A stretch of 58,879 nt of DNA from an uncultured bacterium (GTDB lineage Bacteria; Nitrospirota; Nitrospiria; Nitrospirales; Nitrospiraceae). The DNA is taken from the NCBI GenBank assembly GCA_965285965.1, contig CBDIWQ010000093.1:1-58879 (forward strand). The letters run 5' to 3'. The translations under genes were made by a program, and so were the position numbers. Shown in pieces: positions 9,392 through 17,671 of the stretch. Each line of letters starts with the position of its first letter. Position 1 is the first letter of the stretch. The notes beneath the pieces were generated by a model, which worked only from the letters and a program-made list of their open reading frames with translations, was not told the DNA's origin and ran no database searches.

Positions 9392-10196
9392 CTTGCTTCC
9401 CCCCTATGGCAATCACATAGATGGTCGAGTGAAGGATGCCGTCTAGCTGCAACAAAGCATCAACTTCACGGTCAAAAAACCCTCCTATGTTTAAGCATCC
9501 GAGCCCTAAAGCCGACGACACAAGATTCATATTTTGTGCCACATGGCCAGCCTCCAAAAAGGCGTACCGGTATCCTCGGTCTGCATACTTGAACACGGAA
9601 CGATCAAATATGGCAGTGATGAAGACTAGCAAGGACGCCTGTAGCGGAATAGCGGTCTGAACAAAGCATTGGGAAACATGCTGGACCTGCCCACCATCGC
9701 GGACGCGCCGTACATTGTGCCTCGACGGGTTGTAATGATACAGCCCAGTGGGCAGGCCTTGAATGGTACTGCTTTGGAAGAAGATTTCTAGCGGATAGAG
9801 GGCGCCTGCAGATGGAACGACGCGAAGTGGCCGTGCGAAGTTTGAGACGACCTTATCTCTTTCTATGCCGTAAGCGAAATGTAGAAGGGCTGCTAGACTG
9901 TCTACACTTAGGGGACGCGGGACCAACTCGCGAACGGAAATTCGAGACCGGATAGCCTTCCCCAGGGATATCTTTAGAGAGGGAAGGTGCTTTGGAAGCG
10001 GAACGGCAGGATAGCCATCGTATGGTAGTGACTCATTAAGCTGCCGAAGCCATTCGCGTTGCTGTTTTTGTGAAAGAACCGGAGAGGACCTCCCAAGCTT
10101 GGAGTTCTCATGGAACAGCTCCCAGATCGGAGAGTCCGTCTCTAGAGAAAATGCTGTCTCCTTCCATCGTCTAACCGACATCGAGGACCTCTTCAC
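9366..10196 (-). CDS. SagB/ThcOx-family FMN-dependent azoline dehydrogenase (start may be ATG 10181)
   Basis: ELFHENSK, RISVR, RVVPSAGALYPLE, KYADRGYRYAFLEAGHVAQN (conserved KY), GGFFD. Confidence 0.93.
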   Translation of the reverse strand: MKRSSMSVRRWKETAFSLETDSPIWELFHENSKLGRSSPVLSQKQQREWLRQLNESLPYDGYPAVPLPKHLPSLKISLGKAIRSRISVRELVPRPLSVDSLAALLHFAYGIERDKVVSNFARPLRVVPSAGALYPLEIFFQSSTIQGLPTGLYHYNPSRHNVRRVRDGGQVQHVSQCFVQTAIPLQASLLVFITAIFDRSVFKYADRGYRYAFLEAGHVAQNMNLVSSALGLGCLNIGGFFDREVDALLQLDGILHSTIYVIAIGGKQDDPRHHKR

Positions 10197-11515
10197 AAGA
10201 ATGGGTGTGGGAAGGGATTGTCGATGCGCCTGCGACTTGTTGCCCTCAACCCCAGTTTCTGAGGGACTTCCCAGAGCCGTGCACCTCCAAGCGCTCTAAA
10301 GCGATGACCCATAAAGAGCGGATGAAATCCGGGAATGAGAGCGCGCAGGACGACAATTCCAAAACTTCGCACGTCCTCCGTTGTCACATCTGCAATGAGA
10401 ACCCGATGTTTACTCGCGTGTATTGTGTCAACAAGGAGGCGAAGGTCGGACGCCGGATTCTGGGTGGAAACGTTCTTGATCTCACTGAAGTCTATCTGGG
10501 TTTTTGAGGCAAACAGGAAATCGGCAAGATATGCATTAGTGTGCTCAAAATAAACAGAGGCGTGAGATGTGGGATCGTCGACGCGCTCCCATCTCGTGCC
10601 AGGTGAGAATGTTGGACGCATGGACTTTACTCTTTGGGAAAAAGACGCGAGCTGTGCCAGTTCATCAAGGCTTTTCTGGACTGCCACCTCGGGATCTAAA
10701 TGGGCGGCTGCAGCTACTATAAGAGCCGGAGCGTCCGCGACCGTGCTTCTCATCGCCGACAGTATCACTGGAATTTCGTGATCCATGGCGAGATGTAGCA
10801 GGATGACCGTAGCTTCTGGCCGACGCAATCGCGCAAGCAAATCAATATTGCGCGGGCTCAAAGTGTCGAGACGAATCTTGGCTCTAGAGAGTTGGGCCTG
10901 CCAGGTTATTGCAAATGCGTCGCGCTCGATTACCTCGCAGATGCCTGAAACAGCCGCCAATGTGGAGTCCGTATGACAGGCAAGCCCCGTAGAAATCTGT
11001 GGAGTAAAGGGTTGCTCTCCCCGTTCTTTCTTGCAGAGATATGGCAGAAAAACCTGCGCAGCCGGAACATACGTAGTCTCTTTGGTGTACAAATCGGAAG
11101 CGGGTACCCATCTGACTTGTAACTGCGTTCCGAAAGGCCGATAGGGGAAGCCAATTTGGCTGTGTTGTTTGGTGCTGAACAGCGCAAATTCTTGAGGTCG
11201 AACGCACGGGAAGGGAGCAGAATCGAAACTGGCTAATGGCAACTCATCAATACGATAAATTGCAGCGCAATAACGCTCGATGGCTTCGCCAACCGCCTTG
11301 GCTTTTGCCATTGCTCGATCAGTTGACGCGCCGCTTGCCCAAACACTGCCTTGATCATGTTCTGGGTTGAGAGCCTTCGTACTGCATGTTTGAGCCATAT
11401 AATATACAAAGTCAGGAGCGCCGGCCTCCGGTTTATCCTCCTGGAGATGTTTAATGATACCCACATGGTCATCTACAAGAAACTTACAGAGATCCAGGAG
11501 ATTGGCCACATACAC
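10193..11515 (-). CDS. YcaO-family cyclodehydratase (D protein)
   Basis: AKAVGEAIERY, STGLACH, GICEVIERDAF ATP/Mg motifs; Pro-rich C-terminus NPFPHPFL. Confidence 0.95.
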   Translation of the reverse strand: MYVANLLDLCKFLVDDHVGIIKHLQEDKPEAGAPDFVYYMAQTCSTKALNPEHDQGSVWASGASTDRAMAKAKAVGEAIERYCAAIYRIDELPLASFDSAPFPCVRPQEFALFSTKQHSQIGFPYRPFGTQLQVRWVPASDLYTKETTYVPAAQVFLPYLCKKERGEQPFTPQISTGLACHTDSTLAAVSGICEVIERDAFAITWQAQLSRAKIRLDTLSPRNIDLLARLRRPEATVILLHLAMDHEIPVILSAMRSTVADAPALIVAAAAHLDPEVAVQKSLDELAQLASFSQRVKSMRPTFSPGTRWERVDDPTSHASVYFEHTNAYLADFLFASKTQIDFSEIKNVSTQNPASDLRLLVDTIHASKHRVLIADVTTEDVRSFGIVVLRALIPGFHPLFMGHRFRALGGARLWEVPQKLGLRATSRRRIDNPFPHPFL

Positions 11516-11523
11516 CTACCGGT

Positions 11524-12591
11524 TCATTGAACACTCAGTTCGCTAGGAGCCTTGCTGATGTTCCTACATGCCTTGTGGCAAAGAGGACTACAAGTAGGGC
11601 AGTTAGGAATTTTTAACACTGTCCGTTCCACCATTCTGGGCGTAATGAGGTCAATCTCTAGAAAGCTGCCAGGCTTTCTACTTGGTAAAGCCTCAACGTA
11701 AAATCTCATCAACTCAAAGGCCGCAATATCACCGATCATGGACACCATAGAAGGATGGAACCCGATGACGGACTCATCCTCAGAAGCGGCCTTTTCTTCC
11801 ATTAGCTCAAAAGTCTTGGAGGTCGCATGGCTACGCTGACGGGAAACGAGGCATTCATAGCAGGGAGTCTCCTTGGGAACTACGAGTGGCCCCACATACC
11901 CAATCATGTTTTTGAGCATGAGTGGCATAAAGTGCAGGTTCTTCTCACTGCAGAATTTGTTCCATCGACGCAACGCCTCCTGATCGCCCAAGTCACTGGT
12001 TGCCACCAGGCAACCGCGAACGTCGAGTTCTTGACCTTCCCGCCAGTCTTGCGGACGATTTAAGGATAGTGGCCATTCTTGAAGTTTTAGCTTCCCAGTT
12101 CTGTCAAAAAAATGAAGATTGCGATGCTGAGGATGATCAAGGATTTGAAACTTAGTGTAGCCGCACGCGATAAGGGAAATGGCCAGCTGGCGTGCGATAT
12201 AGTTCACACCAAGGATAGATACGTGGAGGTTTTCAAATCTCTCAACGACGCGCTCCGCTGTCTCGCCAAAGTGCCAGTAGAACACCTCTGAGTGCGGTTC
12301 CCGCCGATTACGACGTGATGCGGAGTTAGTGGGTACCAAGAGGCGTCGGGCTGTCAGTTGCTTGATCAGTTCCTTCACGCGTGGCGCGGCAGATCGAGCG
12401 AAAAGGCGGCATATATCTTCGATGGATGCGCCATTGGCACCGGCTGCAGAAAGCACGGTCTTAATAGCTGTCGCAGCCTGTGGTCCGGTAATTTTCACGA
12501 CGGTGCATCCGCGTTTAAGGATGGCACCATCGGGAACTTCAAGGACCTGGACTGGAAGAGCCATAAGTTTTTTGGAATTGTGAGGCGGCAT
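11524..12591 (-). CDS. TOMM leader-peptide-binding protein (N-terminal RRE-like region + E1/ThiF-like C protein)
   Basis: GYVGPLVVPKETPCYEC and KIPNCPTC double CxxC; Rossmann-like VSILGVNYIARQLA; adjacent to YcaO. Confidence 0.9.
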   Translation of the reverse strand: MPPHNSKKLMALPVQVLEVPDGAILKRGCTVVKITGPQAATAIKTVLSAAGANGASIEDICRLFARSAAPRVKELIKQLTARRLLVPTNSASRRNRREPHSEVFYWHFGETAERVVERFENLHVSILGVNYIARQLAISLIACGYTKFQILDHPQHRNLHFFDRTGKLKLQEWPLSLNRPQDWREGQELDVRGCLVATSDLGDQEALRRWNKFCSEKNLHFMPLMLKNMIGYVGPLVVPKETPCYECLVSRQRSHATSKTFELMEEKAASEDESVIGFHPSMVSMIGDIAAFELMRFYVEALPSRKPGSFLEIDLITPRMVERTVLKIPNCPTCSPLCHKACRNISKAPSELSVQ

Positions 12592-12638
12592 TTATCTTCT
12601 GGGGTATCAGAGCACAATGATTCTCTGCGCAGGAATGT

Positions 12639-12677
12639 TCGTCTGTCGAGCAGCTATTGTGTCTGCTCGACAGACGA
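12639..12677. terminator. 15-bp perfect stem-loop downstream of the precursor gene (mRNA stabiliser/attenuator)
   Basis: TCGTCTGTCGAGCAG-ctattgtgt-CTGCTCGACAGACGA; no U-tract on the minus strand. Confidence 0.7.
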
Positions 12678-12736
12678 GGCTCCCCTAGATTTTTCGACGT
12701 TCGTCCATTTGTTAGGACGTTTTCAGACACTCCGCT

Positions 12737-12955
12737 TTATGGCCAGCCACCACAGGCGCCGCAAGCTGATATCATGTATTTTCCTTGGTCAGTGGCATAG
12801 TATTCGTCGAGCTGTGCCTCAATCGTCTCATAATCAGCAAAAGTCAAGTTTTCTAACCCACGCTTCTTCAAGGGTTCTCTTAACTTTGGTGGCAGCACAG
12901 AATAGACCGTCTTTTTCCTGAGGCTGCCGGATATCCTCCTTTGCGGGGTAGGCAT
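12737..12955 (-). CDS. Putative RiPP precursor peptide (72 aa), C-terminal core ...ISACGACGGWP
   Basis: AAAGGAGG RBS 6 nt before the ATG; lies just upstream of RRE/E1-YcaO-SagB; both Cys residues are in the C-terminal segment. Confidence 0.82.
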   Translation of the reverse strand: MPTPQRRISGSLRKKTVYSVLPPKLREPLKKRGLENLTFADYETIEAQLDEYYATDQGKYMISACGACGGWP

Positions 12956-13083
12956 ACTTAACCTCCTTTGAAATTGGTAATATTGCCCTCGAGCGGTCCT
13001 TCAAGCGAGAAACCTAATCCCTCCTTTCTACCGGATTGATGAGATACCTCTCTCGGCTGCTCTAATCAGAGTCATGTTGCCAG

Positions 13084-14031
13084 CTAGGTTTTCAATCCGG
13101 AGACGGCAAACCCGGTGGACGCTCCAAAAAATCGTCTATGGATGCTGGCTGCCTGGAGTCGCTGCAAGAACACGTAAGCATGATGTTGGGAACAGGCGCC
13201 TGCCCTTATGGCCTGTTCCAGACTGGCTTCGATTCTCCATGCGTCATTCGCAGTGGCATAATTCGTTACCATGAGGATCCCCGCTTCTATGGTGATTCCT
13301 TTCAGTCCTGCCTGTCGGAATAGACCAGGCAAGCGATGGCCAATGCCACTGTTACAGACACTTTGTCTTATGGCATTCACAATTGCCTCGGACGTTTCCG
13401 CAGTGTCCGCTGACATAACAAGAGTCTCCCAGTCTGGCTCTAACGCGACGAGGCGTCCACCGGGCTTGAGCACGCGAATCATTTCAAACAGCGCCTTTTC
13501 GGGATCTTCTAAGTGTACGAACGTACTGATTACAAGACCGGCATCAAACATTTTGTCTCGAAAGCCTAAGTGATACGCGTTGGCGATTCGAAATTCTAAA
13601 GGGAGCCTTAGACTTTTGGTTCGCCTGAGTGCTTCCTCAATCATAGTCTTGCTCCGATCGACGCCCACGACGTGACCGGTGCTTCCGACTAATCTGGCGA
13701 GGGTCTGTGCATCATGTCCAACGCCACACCCAACATCTACAATATAGTCGCCTTTCCGGGGCTGAAGGAGCCTTGTAAGAAGATGTCGTTTAGTAAGCCG
13801 GACTTGATCATTAGTGTTTGCTTTATCAAGATAGGAAACGAAAGAGTGCGGGTCTTTGGAACGGTCGACATCGCAGAATCCGTTCAATGTTCCGCTGGGA
13901 ACGTCGCTCTTTCGTTTAAGTGAAGCCTTTCTTCCTGCGATATTTGCAGCGGTGTTTCTCACCATGGAGATCCGTCTCGGTGCATCGAACGATTTAGACA
14001 TGTGTATTCGGGGCAGATCTTCATGCGTCAT
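13084..14031 (-). CDS. Class I SAM-dependent methyltransferase (UbiE-like fold), candidate tailoring enzyme
   Basis: VDVGCGVG, VVGVDRS, RVLKPGGRL motifs. Start uncertain (14043 GTG or 14031 ATG). Confidence 0.88.
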   Translation of the reverse strand: MTHEDLPRIHMSKSFDAPRRISMVRNTAANIAGRKASLKRKSDVPSGTLNGFCDVDRSKDPHSFVSYLDKANTNDQVRLTKRHLLTRLLQPRKGDYIVDVGCGVGHDAQTLARLVGSTGHVVGVDRSKTMIEEALRRTKSLRLPLEFRIANAYHLGFRDKMFDAGLVISTFVHLEDPEKALFEMIRVLKPGGRLVALEPDWETLVMSADTAETSEAIVNAIRQSVCNSGIGHRLPGLFRQAGLKGITIEAGILMVTNYATANDAWRIEASLEQAIRAGACSQHHAYVFLQRLQAASIHRRFFGASTGFAVSGLKT

Positions 14032-14046
14032 GTGACCTCGCACTGT

Positions 14047-16236
14047 TTAGTATCTGAGAGTCAACCATCCCATCACACGACTGCCGATTTCTTCGCCAAC
14101 CGGATTTTCTCGATGATGATCATTGAGTGCATTAAAGACGGACACGGCCACTTCAGCTTTGTCGTGCCAGAAGCGGTAGGCGCCACGAAGATTTAGCAAG
14201 GTGTAGCCGCCGACTGCATTGACCGGCGGCGTGAAGCCACCAAACGTGTCGGCAAAGAATGCGTATCCAGGTGAAATGGGGTAACTCGCGGCCGACACAT
14301 GATGGACCAGTGTTTCGGCGCTCCATCCACTGTCCCACTCTCCACGCAGCCCCGCATTAATTTTATAGGATGGCGCCCCCCGTGTGAGTAAACCTTGCTG
14401 GGCGATCAAATCGCCCGTCTGATGGATTTGCACGGTAGAGTAATTGATAAATCCGGTCAGCCAAGACGTGGCAAGAAACTCTGCTCCGACCTCGGCTCCA
14501 TAGATATCGGCTTGGCCTAAATTTCCAAACGTAAATACAAGCGGATCGGCAGTTGACGCTGAACCAATAAAATTGGACAGATGGTTGAAGAACGCATCAG
14601 CCCGTACTCGAATTCTATGCTTCCAGTACCATCCTTGGTACCCTGCTTCATATGAGACGATTTTCTCGGGGTGAAGATTGCGTGACCCGAGCAGGGTGGT
14701 ACTGAAGGCAAACGGAATAATGACTTGGCGTGTATCATTGCGAGTCTCAAGCAGGTTCGGGGGGCGGTAGGCCACTGATCCCGAAATACGAAATGTATGG
14801 TCCTCATGAGGTTTGTAGATTACGGCGAGTCGCGGGCTATAAGTAGAATTCACTTCCGAATGCATATCCCATCGAAGACCTGCGACGAACGTCAGCGTTT
14901 TCGTCGCTCGCCATTCATCTTGAAGATAGAAACCAAGTCGGTCTTCACTGGCGCTCTCGGAATCAAAGACGTTCACATCGGAAGTGGCATTATGAAAGTA
15001 GTTCGCACCATAGGTGAAACGATTGGTGGGCGTCAGGTCTAGGGCATGTTGGATCCAGGTTGTATACACGTCGTGAATGAATGTTTGGTTGTTATTTCCA
15101 TTGCGATCCGTAATAGCCGCGAATGTATTAATGATGGCGGGGTTCAGTAGCTCCAATCTCGATTCGTCCCACCTGGTCCAACTTGTTCGTATGAAAAAAT
15201 TTGGCCGTTCGTAAGCTGCATTGACGTAACCGTTAGTGATCTTCGAAGACTCACGCACGACATCAAAAACTTGTCCATCGAATCGGTTTGAGTCCACCAA
15301 TCCGCCGGAAACTATGATTTTAGAACTATCTCTTAATGCATATTCGGTCTGGAGATTAAACTTGTTAGATCGCAACGCAAGGGCGTCGCGGTTATTCCAT
15401 TGCTGATTCTGATCATGGGCAAAAGATAGGCGATATCCAAAATCGCCATGAATTCCGGCTTGAATCACGGTGGAGCGAATCGTTCCAAACTCCCCTGCTC
15501 CAATCTGTGCGAAGGTGCCATTCGTGCTGCCTTTCATCTGCCGAGGTGATTTCGTGATGATATTCACGACTCCATCAAAAGCATTGAACCCATAAATGGC
15601 CGCGGAGGGTCCTTTCATAACCTCGATTTTATTGATTTCGGGAAGCGTTACCGGCAACAGCGTCCATAAGACACTTCCGAACGCATATTCATAAATTGGG
15701 CGGCCATCTATCAAAACTAGCAGTTTGTTCGCTGCCGCCTGGTTGTCTCCTCGTACGCTAACGTTGTAGTCGGCCCCCGACATCTGCATCACTTCCATTC
15801 CGGGAATGCGGCGTAAGATCGTCGGGATGTCAGTGGCGCCGGAATGTCGGATGTCCTCCTCTGTAATCACATATACATTGGCTGGTGCTTCGGAGATTCT
15901 CTGCTCATCCCTCAGCCCCCCTCTTGAGATACTCTCTGTCTCCTCGTTCATGATCAGGAGAATTGCACTGTCTTGATCTCCATGTCCGATCGACGGGTGT
16001 CGGCGCTCTGTTTGCGTTGGACCTGGGGGTGTTTGGGACAGCGCAAGCAGCGGATTCTCAAGGGTTACCGTGGCAGTCAGTAGCGCAAGAATCAGTGTGC
16101 CGGCTGGCGAAGAAAAGCAGTCCCGAACCTGTTCTCCCCGGGCACTCATATCGACATGGAAAGCAAACTGTGTGTATGAAGAGCGAGAGGTAGGATTGCT
16201 CATGCGAACCTTAAGAGGGCCATCGCCTAAAGGCAA
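14047..16236 (-). CDS. TonB-dependent receptor, paralog of 4866..6947 (start uncertain)
   Basis: EDIRHSGATDIPTILRRIPG, IEVMKGPSAAIYGFNAFDGVVNIITK, C-terminal SRVMGWLTLRY. Confidence 0.94.
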   Translation of the reverse strand: MPLGDGPLKVRMSNPTSRSSYTQFAFHVDMSARGEQVRDCFSSPAGTLILALLTATVTLENPLLALSQTPPGPTQTERRHPSIGHGDQDSAILLIMNEETESISRGGLRDEQRISEAPANVYVITEEDIRHSGATDIPTILRRIPGMEVMQMSGADYNVSVRGDNQAAANKLLVLIDGRPIYEYAFGSVLWTLLPVTLPEINKIEVMKGPSAAIYGFNAFDGVVNIITKSPRQMKGSTNGTFAQIGAGEFGTIRSTVIQAGIHGDFGYRLSFAHDQNQQWNNRDALALRSNKFNLQTEYALRDSSKIIVSGGLVDSNRFDGQVFDVVRESSKITNGYVNAAYERPNFFIRTSWTRWDESRLELLNPAIINTFAAITDRNGNNNQTFIHDVYTTWIQHALDLTPTNRFTYGANYFHNATSDVNVFDSESASEDRLGFYLQDEWRATKTLTFVAGLRWDMHSEVNSTYSPRLAVIYKPHEDHTFRISGSVAYRPPNLLETRNDTRQVIIPFAFSTTLLGSRNLHPEKIVSYEAGYQGWYWKHRIRVRADAFFNHLSNFIGSASTADPLVFTFGNLGQADIYGAEVGAEFLATSWLTGFINYSTVQIHQTGDLIAQQGLLTRGAPSYKINAGLRGEWDSGWSAETLVHHVSAASYPISPGYAFFADTFGGFTPPVNAVGGYTLLNLRGAYRFWHDKAEVAVSVFNALNDHHRENPVGEEIGSRVMGWLTLRY

Positions 16237-16507
16237 TTACCTGATCTGAAAAGCAATCCGGACGAGGGCACTACGTAGTATTATTGGTGGTGCCAGTTAT
16301 GATCAATATGCTTCCTGGTTCTCTGTTGCAATAACACTTTAGAGGCATATGGGAATGGGCCGGGCATGGTTGTGGGGTTACAAATCGCCCATACAGCAGG
16401 CGTGGCTTGAGATAGCTGAAGCGGAATGCGCGACCATCGTATGTGTGCAACATATGCCATGATCTCCCGAGACAAGTGTCCACTCATCGGCTCGCCGTTG
16501 ACAATTT

Positions 16508-16523
16508 TGCAATCCGCGGACCA
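16508..16523 (-). promoter_or_regulatory. Sigma54-like promoter upstream of the receptor/RiPP operon
   Basis: TGGTCC-GCGGA-TTGCA (GG-N10-GC). Confidence 0.5.
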
Positions 16524-16995
16524 ATTAGTACTACGTAAGAATGGGATGCAGGAAAACCCAACGAAACGATTGCTCAGTCGCGAGGAAGGTCTCGAGTTGC
16601 CAAGATTCTATTGTTCAAGGATTGCGAACCGGTGGAGGTCTTAAGGGTATCTAAAAGAATTCTCATTGGATCTAATATGATCCAGGTCATCTTTATCTAG
16701 GAAAACAGAAAATCGCCTCTAGGCAGAAGTAGAGGCGCACCGCCGTTTGTTCGGAGTTTTCTATTCTATTAGTAGCGATGAATGTGTCATCTGAGGAGCG
16801 TAAGGGCCTAGGCTCAGACCCCCATGGCTCTTTGACCTGTGGTACGAAGGTTTCACGGCCACGCAAACCCGGCATCGCCGATAGTGAAGGTTATTCAAGT
16901 GGCTATGCGACATCGATTATTGGTAGAGGCAGGGTGTCTTGGCAGACAGGCACGCGAAGACGTCTATACGGAGCCTGGGACGAGCGGGACCGCCC

Positions 16996-17244
16996 TTAGC
17001 TCGTTAGCAAAGTGAGAAACTTCCCGCCTTTCTCTGATAGATCTACGCTTCTCCTTCTTTTGGACGGCCGCCTCTCCAGTGATGGATGAAGAGGCGGCTC
17101 CCAGGCTGTCGGCGTCCAGGCGACGGTCGTGATGGTAAAAGGGGCATCCGCGACCGAATCCGGCGGAATAGGCCGGGGTCTCCTTGTCGGCTGATGCTGC
17201 GCCGGCAGCTCGACGACTTTGTGACGGTTTCGTTTCGCGTGCAT
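16996..17244 (-). CDS. Hypothetical basic, Pro-rich small protein
   Basis: ATG lies 4 nt after the stop of the upstream micro-ORF; no recognisable domain. Confidence 0.35.
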   Translation of the reverse strand: MHAKRNRHKVVELPAQHQPTRRPRPIPPDSVADAPFTITTVAWTPTAWEPPLHPSLERRPSKRRRSVDLSEKGGKFLTLLTS

Positions 17245-17248
17245 TTGC

Positions 17249-17335
17249 TCAGTCCTGCCAAATCATCCTCACCAGGATATACAGAAATATGGCCATGAGG
17301 GTGTTGCTGATCAGAAGGATGAAACCGTACTCCAT
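17249..17335 (-). CDS. Putative 28-aa membrane microprotein
   Basis: MEYGFILLISNTLMAIFLYILVRMIWQD*; AAGGGAG RBS. Confidence 0.5.
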   Translation of the reverse strand: MEYGFILLISNTLMAIFLYILVRMIWQD

Positions 17336-17406
17336 GATGTTCTCCCTTCGCATCCGCTGATTGCCTGTCCACATTGGATTGGGAAGCCCTTGTGCTCTTG
17401 TAATTT

Positions 17407-17422
17407 TGCAAAGCTCAGACCA
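17407..17422 (-). promoter_or_regulatory. Sigma54-like promoter
   Basis: TGGTCT-GAGCT-TTGCA upstream of the microprotein. Confidence 0.45.
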
Positions 17423-17671
17423 GTGCTCCACTCCGTGACTCTTGTCCAATCCATGTGTGAAATGTTGCTCTAGCAAAGGGAATTGTGCAGGGGTGCGGTC
17501 CCGAGCCTGTCCTGCCACGTACCAAAAATAATTCTTCCCAGGAATCAGATTGGATTCTTCCGTCGAGATTGATACGGCCCCGGCATCTCGACGAACACGG
17601 GCATCTGCTAGTCGCCGTCTTTGAGCTACTCGGTCCAGACTCGTACCTCCATAGACTAATGGAGAAGACTA

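Noticed and set aside
12539-12730. 63-aa Ser/Cys-containing ORF as a second precursor
   Set aside because: GTG start without a clear RBS, runs through the 15-bp hairpin and overlaps the next gene's start; most likely incidental.
13020-13027. Second AAAGGAGG upstream of the precursor gene
   Set aside because: No start codon at a usable distance; it could be a relic of a lost ORF but cannot be supported.
7925-16236. Calling the cluster methanobactin, thiopeptide or thioamitide
   Set aside because: No MbnB/MbnC, no lanthipeptide-type dehydratase or pyridine synthase, and no TfuA recognised in the window.
16656-16667. Fur-box-like AATGAGAAT half sites (also near 3916-3926)
   Set aside because: Only half-site similarity, no full 19-bp box; insufficient to claim iron regulation.
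7650-17650. Annotating the AT-richer block as a mobile element
   Set aside because: No integrase, transposase, att repeats or tRNA seen; only the compositional shift is supported.
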